DNA of 64,000 bases from Eubacteriales bacterium (GTDB lineage Bacteria > Bacillota > Clostridia > Oscillospirales > UBA644): positions 47,326-111,325 of the forward strand of contig JAZPXN010000084.1 of assembly GCA_045543655.1 (NCBI GenBank). Reading direction: 5' to 3'. Numbering within the stretch: position 1 is the stretch's first letter; every line of letters begins with the position of its first letter. The notes below the pieces were generated by a model. It was not told where the DNA came from and did no database searches. It worked only from the letters and a program-made list of their open reading frames with translations. Below are positions 56,593 through 64,000 of the stretch, one piece after another. The translations under genes were made by a program, and so were the position numbers.

Positions 56593-57234
56593 ATGATCAA
56601 AATCGCCCCTTCGCTGTTGGCTTCGGATTTTTCCGACCTGAGAAATGAAATTAAAAGTATTTCGTCTGCGGATTATCTGCACGTAGACGTGATGGACGGG
56701 CTGTTCGTGCCCAATATCGGCATCGGTCTTCCCACGGTGGAGTCCATTGCCAAGGTTTCCGAAATTCCCATGGACGTGCATCTGATGATCACCCGTCCTC
56801 AGAATTACGTGGAAGCCTTTGCAAAGGCGGGGGCGAAGATTCTCTCCTTCCACGTGGAAAGCGATTGCGATATCGACGAATGCATTGCAAAAATCAAGGC
56901 GGCCGGCGTAAAACCCGCGCTGGTGATCAATCCCGGCACGGGGCTGGAGGAAGTACTTCCCCGGCTGAAGGATCTGTATATGGTTCTGGTCATGACGGTT
57001 CAGCCGGGCTTCGGCGGACAGAAATGCCGGGAAGAATGCTTCGAAAAGGTCCGCATCTTGCGGGAAGAGATCGAAAAACGCGGGCTTTCGGTTCATATCG
57101 AGGTAGACGGCGGGATCACCCCAGAGAACGCCCCCAAAGCAATCGCCGCCGGCGCAGACATCCTCGTGGCCGGCTCTTCGGTCTTCAAGGCCACCGACCG
57201 TAACGCCGCCATCGCGGAGCTGAAAGGAAACTGA
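56593..57234 (+). CDS. rpe: ribulose-phosphate 3-epimerase
   Basis: IAPSLLASDF and HVDVMDGLFVPN motifs. Confidence 0.95.
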   Translation: MIKIAPSLLASDFSDLRNEIKSISSADYLHVDVMDGLFVPNIGIGLPTVESIAKVSEIPMDVHLMITRPQNYVEAFAKAGAKILSFHVESDCDIDECIAKIKAAGVKPALVINPGTGLEEVLPRLKDLYMVLVMTVQPGFGGQKCREECFEKVRILREEIEKRGLSVHIEVDGGITPENAPKAIAAGADILVAGSSVFKATDRNAAIAELKGN

Positions 57235-57236
57235 CT

Positions 57237-57860
57237 ATGCTTTTCTCTGCCCCTTACGAAAAAACCATCCGGGAGATCACCGTCAACATCCGCTCCCTCG
57301 TCACCGACCCCGAAACGACGCTGGTGGTGAATATGGACACGATCAACGGATTTTTCAAAAAAGGAAAGCTGGCCTCAAAGCGGCTGAAGGGAATTATTCC
57401 CCAGATCCTGCAGGTCAACGAATATTATCTGGACAGCCCTAAGATCTTCTTCGTAGATACCCACACGAAGGATTCCGAGGAGCTGGAAACCTATCCCGAG
57501 CATTGCGTGGATAAATACGAGCAGGAGATCATCACCGAGCTGGAATCCTTTGCGGCGGTGGGAGACGTGATCCCCAAAAACTCCACCAACGGGTTTTTCT
57601 CCAAGGATTATTTGGCGTGGCTTGCAAAGCACAAGGAGATCGAAAACATCGTCATCGTAGGAGGATGCACCGATCTTTGCGTGATGCAATTTGCTCTGGC
57701 CATGCGGGCGTATTGGAACGAGCAGAACAACAATAACCGCATCGTGGTCATCGAAAACGCCGTGCAGACCTATCACGACGAGATCCACAACGGCGATACG
57801 ATGCACAATTTCGCCATTCTCAATATGTACCTGAACGGCATCAAGATCGCCCGGTTGTAA
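57237..57860 (+). CDS. isochorismatase-family cysteine hydrolase (nicotinamidase-like)
   Basis: VVNMDTINGF (Asp region) and GGCTDLCVMQFALAMRA (catalytic Cys region). Confidence 0.75.
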   Translation: MLFSAPYEKTIREITVNIRSLVTDPETTLVVNMDTINGFFKKGKLASKRLKGIIPQILQVNEYYLDSPKIFFVDTHTKDSEELETYPEHCVDKYEQEIITELESFAAVGDVIPKNSTNGFFSKDYLAWLAKHKEIENIVIVGGCTDLCVMQFALAMRAYWNEQNNNNRIVVIENAVQTYHDEIHNGDTMHNFAILNMYLNGIKIARL

Positions 57861-57861
57861 T

Positions 57862-58215
57862 ATGGGAAAGACGCCGATTCAGAAGCTTTACGATAAAATT
57901 CCCACCTTCCGATGCAAGGAAGGGTGCACGAAATGCTGTGATAACTGGATTCAATTCGCCCCGGAGGAGGAAGCCCGGTGCGGCGGCTTTGAATTTTGCG
58001 GCGAAAAATGCCCGAAGCTGACCGATACCGGATGCTCGGTCTATGAAAACCGCCCCTTTATCTGCCGGCTTTTCGCCTCGGGAACGCCCCTCCCCTGTCC
58101 CTACGGATACGGACCGGAGAATCCCTTGAGCGAAGAAGAAACCCGAGCCCTTCTGCGGGAATATCTGAAATTAAAACGAGAACAGGAAGAAGCCTATGGC
58201 AAAAGCGACGAATAA
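57862..58215 (+). CDS. YkgJ-family cysteine-cluster protein
   Basis: CKEGCTKCCDNW and a second Cys cluster (CPKLTDTGCSVYENRPFICRLF). Confidence 0.7.
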   Translation: MGKTPIQKLYDKIPTFRCKEGCTKCCDNWIQFAPEEEARCGGFEFCGEKCPKLTDTGCSVYENRPFICRLFASGTPLPCPYGYGPENPLSEEETRALLREYLKLKREQEEAYGKSDE

Positions 58216-59560
58216 AACCAAAACCGTCTACGTCTGCTCCGAATGCGGCAACGATACGCCGAAATGGCAGGGGCAATGCCCCGCCTGCGGAGCCTGGAAT
58301 TCCCTTTTTGAGCAGATCGTAGAGCCGGAAAAAACCGTAACCCTTGCCGCAGCAAAGGATCCGCTGAAGCGGTCTCAACCCAAAAGACTGAAGGAGATTA
58401 CTGCGGAAAGCGAGCTGCGCACCTCTACCGGAATTTCGGAGCTGGACCGGGTGCTGGGGGGCGGCATCGTCAAGGGATCGCTGATTCTGGTCAGCGGGGA
58501 GCCGGGCATCGGAAAATCCACCATTCTTCTGCAGATGTGCATGAAGATGAAGGATTTCCGCATTCTGTACGTCTCCGGGGAAGAATCGCCCCGACAGATC
58601 AAATTACGGGCCGACCGGGTGGGCGAATACCCGGAAAACCTCTTTATCCTTTCCGAAACCGACATTGCAGAGGTGGTCAGCCGCACCGAAGAAGCGACGC
58701 CGGACCTTCTGGTGGTAGACTCCATCCAGACCATGTACCGGCAGGATATGACCTCCGCTCCCGGCTCCGTGCCCCAGGTACGGGAATGCACGTCGGAGCT
58801 GATGCGGCTGGCAAAATCCCTCGAAATTCCCACCTTCGTGGTCAGCCACGTCAACAAGGAGGGTGCCATCGCCGGACCGAAGGTCATGGAGCATATGGTG
58901 GACGCGGTGCTGTATTTCGAAGGAGAGCGCTCGTCGGATCATCGGATCCTGCGGGCCATCAAAAACCGTTTCGGCTCCACCAACGAGATTGGCGTATTTG
59001 AAATGACCGAAAGCGGTCTTCGGGAAATCCCGAACCCCTCGGAGCTGTTTCTTTTGGACAAGCCCGAAAACGTATCGGGCATCGCCACCCTCTGCGTCAC
59101 CGAGGGCACCCGCCCCATCATTGCAGAGGTGCAGACCCTGGTGGCGAAAACCCCCTTCCCCTCTCCCCGGCGCACGGCGGTGGGCTTTGATTATCAGCGA
59201 CTGAACCTGATTCTGGCGGTGCTGGAACGGCGGTGCGGCCTCTTTTTCGGCGCAAGCGACGTTTACGTCAACGTCATCGGCGGACTGCGGCTGGACGAAC
59301 CGGCGGCAGATCTCGGGGTGGCGGTGGCCATGGTATCGGCGGCGAAGGATTTCGTTCTGCCGGACAAGACCGTATTTATCGGCGAAATCGGCCTTGCGGG
59401 CGAGCTGCGGGCGGTATCGGGAATCGAAAAACGGCTTCACGAGGCAGCCTCTCTGGGCTTCACACGGGCGGTAATTCCTGCGCGAAACCGGCCGAAGGGA
59501 AGCTTCAATCTGGAAATTCTGCCCGCATACTCCATCAAAGACGTATTAAACAAGATTTAA
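58196..59560 (+). CDS. radA: DNA repair protein RadA/Sms
   Basis: Zinc finger YVCSECGNDTPKWQGQCPACGAWNS, Walker A GEPGIGKST, KNRFG motif and a Lon-like C-terminus. Confidence 0.95.
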   Translation: MAKATNKTKTVYVCSECGNDTPKWQGQCPACGAWNSLFEQIVEPEKTVTLAAAKDPLKRSQPKRLKEITAESELRTSTGISELDRVLGGGIVKGSLILVSGEPGIGKSTILLQMCMKMKDFRILYVSGEESPRQIKLRADRVGEYPENLFILSETDIAEVVSRTEEATPDLLVVDSIQTMYRQDMTSAPGSVPQVRECTSELMRLAKSLEIPTFVVSHVNKEGAIAGPKVMEHMVDAVLYFEGERSSDHRILRAIKNRFGSTNEIGVFEMTESGLREIPNPSELFLLDKPENVSGIATLCVTEGTRPIIAEVQTLVAKTPFPSPRRTAVGFDYQRLNLILAVLERRCGLFFGASDVYVNVIGGLRLDEPAADLGVAVAMVSAAKDFVLPDKTVFIGEIGLAGELRAVSGIEKRLHEAASLGFTRAVIPARNRPKGSFNLEILPAYSIKDVLNKI

Positions 59561-59569
59561 GAGGTACCC

Positions 59570-60337
59570 ATGTCCTATTCTGTATTTTTGGATTTCGACG
59601 GAACCCTGGTCGCCCCGGGGCAAAAGAAGATCTCAGACCGAACCCTGAACGCCCTGCAGGAGGCAAGAAAGGCGGGATTTCAGCTTTTTCTGAACACCGG
59701 AAGAGCCATTTCCTACGTAGATTTCGACGCGCTGCGGGGATTTAAATTCGACGGCTATCTCTGCGGCGGGACCTACGTAAACGTAGGTGGAAAGCTGCTC
59801 ATGGCCGACGGGCTTACGGCAGACGAAACCCAGCCCATTACCGCCCATTTTTACGGTCGGGGCATCGTGGTTCTGTTGGAGGGGGAAGTGGCCATGTACG
59901 CCGCTTACGACGAAGCCGGCGAATACGCCGCCGACGGAATGATCCCCGTCACCGATATGCGGGAGATTTTTCGCATCTGCGAGTTGGAGCCCATTTGCAA
60001 AATGAACGTCATGGCCCTGCTGGAAGGGGAGGATCTGGATTTCGTGCGGCAATTTGCCGATCCCATTCCCCGGGACGATGCGAACTGCACCGAGCTTCTG
60101 CCGAAGGGACATAACAAAGCAACGGTCATGGAAACGGTCATTACCTATCTGGATCTGGATCGCGCTACCGTAGCGGCGGTGGGTGACACCCGCAACGATA
60201 TTCCCATGCTGGACTTTGCCCCCATCTCCGCGGCCATGGGCAACGCCTCCGACGAGGTAAAGGCTCACGCAAAGCAGATTCTTCCTTCTGCGGCAGAAGA
60301 CGGCGTTGCCGTATTTCTGGAAGGATTATTAAAATGA
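59570..60337 (+). CDS. Cof-type HAD-IIB family hydrolase
   Basis: DxDGT motif (VFLDFDGTLV) and C-terminal GDTRNDIPML. Confidence 0.8.
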   Translation: MSYSVFLDFDGTLVAPGQKKISDRTLNALQEARKAGFQLFLNTGRAISYVDFDALRGFKFDGYLCGGTYVNVGGKLLMADGLTADETQPITAHFYGRGIVVLLEGEVAMYAAYDEAGEYAADGMIPVTDMREIFRICELEPICKMNVMALLEGEDLDFVRQFADPIPRDDANCTELLPKGHNKATVMETVITYLDLDRATVAAVGDTRNDIPMLDFAPISAAMGNASDEVKAHAKQILPSAAEDGVAVFLEGLLK

Positions 60338-61149
60338 CGCCTTACGTATTTTTTCTGGATATTGACGACACCATCCTCTATAAGAAAGATCCCGCGTCCC
60401 CTTCCGTCATTTCCGACCGGGTCGTCGACACCATGAAAGCCGCCCGGGAGAAGGGACATTACGTCTTTATCAACACGGGCAGAGCCCCCTCTTATTTCGA
60501 CGACCTCATCCGGTCTCTTCCGGTGGACGGCTACGTCTGCGGATGCGGTGCCTACGTGCTCATCGGGGAAGAAACGGTCTATCGGGCAAAGTACCCGAGT
60601 GAAGCAATTTATCGGTGGATGAAACGCCTTTCCAAGCCCGGAGATCCGGGAATCGTGGCCGAGGGAGAACAACGGATTTTCCGCTATCGCAATTCCTATT
60701 GGACGCCCAAGGAGGGCTGGATTTTAAGTGACGATCCCGAAGATTACCGGGCGTATCAGCAGGACGATCCGACCGTCAAGGCCAGCATCTGCAACGACCT
60801 GCCGGAGGACCGAAAAAAAGAGATCTTAGAGGAACTGAAAAAGGATTTCAACGTCATTCACCATCCTACGGAGCATTATACGGAATGTTGCGCCAAGGGT
60901 TGCTCCAAGGCCACGGGCATGGAACTGGTGATGAAGCATTACGGGCTGGATCTTTCCCGGAGCGTAGCCATCGGCGACAGCGAAAACGATCTGGACATGA
61001 TCACCGCCGCCGGCATCGGCATCGTCATGGGGCAGGCCAGAGACGAGATCAAGCGGTACGCAGACCGGATTACCGACGACATCCTCCACGACGGGGCCGC
61101 GACCGCCATGGAAGCGCTGATGAAAGAAGCGGAAGGGAGCGAAGCATGA
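60334..61149 (+). CDS. Cof-type HAD-IIB family hydrolase (paralogous neighbour)
   Basis: FFLDIDDTIL and GDSENDLDMI motifs. Overlaps both neighbours by 4 nt. Confidence 0.8.
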   Translation: MTPYVFFLDIDDTILYKKDPASPSVISDRVVDTMKAAREKGHYVFINTGRAPSYFDDLIRSLPVDGYVCGCGAYVLIGEETVYRAKYPSEAIYRWMKRLSKPGDPGIVAEGEQRIFRYRNSYWTPKEGWILSDDPEDYRAYQQDDPTVKASICNDLPEDRKKEILEELKKDFNVIHHPTEHYTECCAKGCSKATGMELVMKHYGLDLSRSVAIGDSENDLDMITAAGIGIVMGQARDEIKRYADRITDDILHDGAATAMEALMKEAEGSEA

Positions 61150-61754
61150 AAATATTGGTCACCGGATTCAACCCCTTTGGCGGGGACGCCGTCAATCCCT
61201 CCCGGGATGCGGTTTTTGCCCTGCCCGACGAGATGGCGGGGCACCGGATTTTGAAATACGAATTGCCCACGGAATTCGACGGCGCCGGAAAGCGGCTGGC
61301 GGAATTGGTGGAGTTCCACCGCCCCCACCGGGTTCTCTGCGTAGGAGTTTCGGGACGGGATAAGATCACGCCGGAGCGGGTGGCGATCAACCTGCGGGAC
61401 GCCTCTATCCCGGATAACGCCGGACGTAAGCCTGCCGACGAACCGGTCTTTGCCGACGGGCCTGCGGCCTATTTCGCAACGATCAACGTCAAGAAGGCCT
61501 TGGAATCCCTGAAAAACGAAGGCATCCCGGCGGCGATTTCCGACACGGCGGGCACCTTCGTCTGCAACAATACCATGTATACCGCTCTGCACCTGCAGCA
61601 CACCCGGTTTCCGGAAATGAAATGCGGATTTCTCCACGTTCCCCAAACGCCGGAGCAGAACGCCGGGAAAGCCTCTCCCCTGCCCACCATGGAGCCGGAG
61701 ATCATCCTGAAAGGTCTTACCGCCGTCCTTCACTCGATGATTGACGGCGAATAA
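61146..61754 (+). CDS. pcp: pyroglutamyl-peptidase I
   Basis: MKILVTGFNPFGGDAVNPS opening and catalytic Cys region AGTFVCNNTMY. ATGA overlap with the upstream stop. Confidence 0.9.
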   Translation: MKILVTGFNPFGGDAVNPSRDAVFALPDEMAGHRILKYELPTEFDGAGKRLAELVEFHRPHRVLCVGVSGRDKITPERVAINLRDASIPDNAGRKPADEPVFADGPAAYFATINVKKALESLKNEGIPAAISDTAGTFVCNNTMYTALHLQHTRFPEMKCGFLHVPQTPEQNAGKASPLPTMEPEIILKGLTAVLHSMIDGE

Positions 61755-61760
61755 AGCAAT

Positions 61761-61797
61761 AAAAAGCAAGACGCCCCTTCCGTATTGGAAGGGGCGT
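61761..61797 (-). terminator. intrinsic terminator with its U-tract oriented for the minus strand
   Basis: acgccccttcc-gtatt-ggaaggggcgt. The T-run (cttgcttttt) is present only when read on the minus strand. Confidence 0.65.
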
Positions 61798-61980
61798 TGC
61801 TCGTCCGATCATCTGTCCCTGCGGCCGAACGCAGGTCCTTTAGGAGTAAAGAACACGCACTCCGGTTTTCCGGCAGAGAAAGAGCGCCTTCATACCACGC
61901 TCTTTGCCTGCCGCCCATCCCCCTCCGCAGAGAGGGATGGGACGGAGAAAGCTTACGATTTAAGATAAACCGTATTTCAA

Positions 61981-63930
61981 TCAATAAACGTCAACGCCGT
62001 CGATTACAATGTTAAGATATCCGTTGGTCATGGAATTCTTATTGCCAACGATATTCTTGTAACCAACACACTTATCGTTTTCGGCAAAGCCGTTGAACGT
62101 AGAATTGTTAATGTAGATGTTATATTTAGGACCAACACCATCTACGCCGGTTTCGAGAGCGGATTTGGTGAATCCGGTTCCGTTCGTGCTGTCATTGAAA
62201 ACGCAGTCGTTTACGTAAACATCGCAGGTCTGGTTGTAGACGAGGATGGATTTGCCATCGGTATTAAACGTACAACCGTTGAATTCTACCTTCTTAGCGC
62301 CCCAAGTCCAGATGTTGTAAGTATCACCCGTAACGTTGAGGGTGCAGTTGTTGAATACGCTTTCGCCATACAAGGTGTATGCGCCGTTGATGGTGCAGTT
62401 ATTGTAGGTAGCGTTGCAACGGGCATAACCGGTGTATGTGGTGCTGTCGGTGTTAATGGTGATGTTCTCAAAGGTAACGGTAGCGCCGTCGAGGCTGTAG
62501 TCGCAGCCTTCGTAAGAGCCGTCGTCCTGAGTGGCAACGACGGTATCACCGCTGCCGACGATGGTCAAGGTCTTGCCCTGAGCAGAGTCAGGAATAATGT
62601 AATTGCCGGAAGAAAGGACGAGCGTGGTGGCCCCTTCCTTGATGGCATCGTCGAGACCGTCGTCATTCGTAGCAACCAGATAGTCTGTGAAGAAATACTT
62701 GGCACCGCCGAAGCTAGTGGCTGCGGTGGTGTAGTTGTAGCCATCCGCAATGTTCACAACGCCGTTTTCAGCAGGGATGCTGGCGCTGGGAATCTGATTC
62801 CAGATGTCTCTGTTTTCACCTTCAATGAAGCCTTCGTTGAAGTTGACGGTAGCGGCCTGCGTCTTATTATTGGCAAAAAGACGAACACCGGTGTAGGTGC
62901 TGTAAATTGTCGCGCCGTTTACGTTAAGGGTGGTTGCCCCGAGGGTGGAGTTTACGTCCACGCCGTAAGCCATGTCGGTGCCGCCGTTATTGACAACGCT
63001 TACACCTTCGCCGAGGGTGAGGGTACCTCCTTCAACAGAGAAGGCTGCCGTGAGGTTGCCCCAACCCATGTTGGCGCCGGTATGAACGTGGGATACGGTG
63101 CCAGTGCCCACTACGGTCAAATCGCCTTTAACGACGATAGAGGACTGGTTGCCGCTGTCCTTTGTAGAAGTGCCGCTGATGTTGTTGCCGTTAAGGTTGA
63201 TAGTAGTGGCAACGCCCTTGGGAACGCTAATCGTAGAAACTTCAATATCGTTCATAAGAGCAATGGTGCCGCCTTCTGCGATAGCGGCAATTAACTCAGC
63301 AGCATCGGTTACGTAAGCGTCTGCATAAACGGCGTCCTTATCGTACTGATTGTCGAAGGAGTCGGATTCCTTGGTGTACTGGGTAGCGTAAACGGTGATG
63401 GAGATGCCGTCGATCGTCTTGTTCTGATAATCGTTGCCGGCTTCTTCTCTCATCTCACCGTAAAGGGTGATAGCAGCGGTTTCGGTATTAGCCAGAAGAT
63501 AATTGTCCAGGCCTTCACCGTAGAGGGCGTTAAATTCCGCAAGGGGAATTTCGGTGCCGTTCCCGACTTTCACAGTGAAGTCAATGACTTCCAGAAGCTT
63601 TGCATCGCCTTCCAGGCCATTGATCAGAACCTGATACTTCAGCGCCAGATTGCCCTTGTTGACGATCTTGAAAGCGTCCAGAGCGAATTTTGCGCCGGGT
63701 TCCCAAAGGATGTCGGAACTGCCCTGGGCATTGCGGAAATACAGCTTTTCGCCGATGGCAGAACCGTCGGGCTTGACCATGTCAACGTCCAAAGTGCCGG
63801 ACTGGATGGTGTTGACACCGGTGGTTACGGAGTCGGTGAACCACGCAAAAGTGGTGCCGACCAGCATAGACACGCAAAGCAGAAGCGAAAGAACGCTTGC
63901 GAGCAATGCTTTTTTGGTGTGTTTTTGCAT
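61981..63930 (-). CDS. secreted protein: SipW-type signal peptide + TasA/camelysin-like N-domain + parallel beta-helix repeats
   Basis: The N-terminus KKALLASVLSLLLCVSMLVGTTFAWFTDSVTTGVNTIQSGTLDV matches the SipW-dependent signal and TasA-family signature. The C-terminal ~400 aa carry N/T/G-rich repeats with NNCT, NGCTF and NDCVF turns. The codons look more AT-rich than in neighbouring genes. Confidence 0.7.
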   Translation of the reverse strand: MQKHTKKALLASVLSLLLCVSMLVGTTFAWFTDSVTTGVNTIQSGTLDVDMVKPDGSAIGEKLYFRNAQGSSDILWEPGAKFALDAFKIVNKGNLALKYQVLINGLEGDAKLLEVIDFTVKVGNGTEIPLAEFNALYGEGLDNYLLANTETAAITLYGEMREEAGNDYQNKTIDGISITVYATQYTKESDSFDNQYDKDAVYADAYVTDAAELIAAIAEGGTIALMNDIEVSTISVPKGVATTINLNGNNISGTSTKDSGNQSSIVVKGDLTVVGTGTVSHVHTGANMGWGNLTAAFSVEGGTLTLGEGVSVVNNGGTDMAYGVDVNSTLGATTLNVNGATIYSTYTGVRLFANNKTQAATVNFNEGFIEGENRDIWNQIPSASIPAENGVVNIADGYNYTTAATSFGGAKYFFTDYLVATNDDGLDDAIKEGATTLVLSSGNYIIPDSAQGKTLTIVGSGDTVVATQDDGSYEGCDYSLDGATVTFENITINTDSTTYTGYARCNATYNNCTINGAYTLYGESVFNNCTLNVTGDTYNIWTWGAKKVEFNGCTFNTDGKSILVYNQTCDVYVNDCVFNDSTNGTGFTKSALETGVDGVGPKYNIYINNSTFNGFAENDKCVGYKNIVGNKNSMTNGYLNIVIDGVDVY

Positions 63931-64000
63931 TTGCTTTTTCCTCCTAATAAAATGAATAGAAATTTTTCGCAGAGGTATGAACTCTGCGATTTTTATTTTA

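Overview
This 64-kb window looks like a chromosomal segment from a GC-rich Firmicutes/Clostridia-type genome. That call is an inference from gene content and strong GGAGG Shine-Dalgarno sites; no composition statistics were computed. I recognised about 60 protein genes by reading the translated ORFs. I saw no rRNA, tRNA, CRISPR array, IS element or integrase.

Layout, left to right:
- 1-6.4 kb: FtsX-type permease, SanA/DUF218 protein, TIM-barrel sugar isomerase, SDR and CPBP protease.
- 6.5-16.3 kb: a compact one-strand phage-like cluster. It carries terminase, portal, scaffold, capsid, connector, minimal tail and lysis genes. It has no integrase, regulator, replication, tape-measure or tail-tip genes.
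- 16.9-18.7 kb: a degenerate SEDS (FtsW/RodA-like) membrane domain fused to a C-terminal TIR domain.
- 18.8-24.8 kb: a sugar/sugar-acid cluster (SBP, MBL hydrolase, GH16, SDR, enolase-superfamily dehydratase, AraC regulator).
- 24.9-29.3 kb: galT and a cadmium/zinc-type ArsR-HMA-P-type ATPase operon with a textbook promoter and operators.
- 29.5-47.8 kb: an apparent ~18-kb minus-strand unit, purE-C-F-M-N, IMP cyclohydrolase, purH, purD-L, fhs, rdgB. It is headed by a sigma-70-like promoter and a ZTP (pfl) riboswitch. Four tandem paralogs of an uncharacterised secreted protein family sit between purH and purD.
- 47.8-64 kb: nrdR, xpaC-like/telA, MATE, GH2 beta-galactosidase with AraC regulator, ispD, rpe, isochorismatase-like, YkgJ-like, radA, two Cof-type HAD hydrolases, pcp, and a large SipW-signal/TasA-like beta-helix protein.

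Best candidates for something new:
- the SEDS-TIR fusion;
- the structural-and-lysis-only phage-like cluster;
- the paralog family embedded in the riboswitch-controlled purine operon;
- a tandem structured intergenic repeat (56.2-56.4 kb).

All family assignments come from motif recognition by eye. No database search was run.
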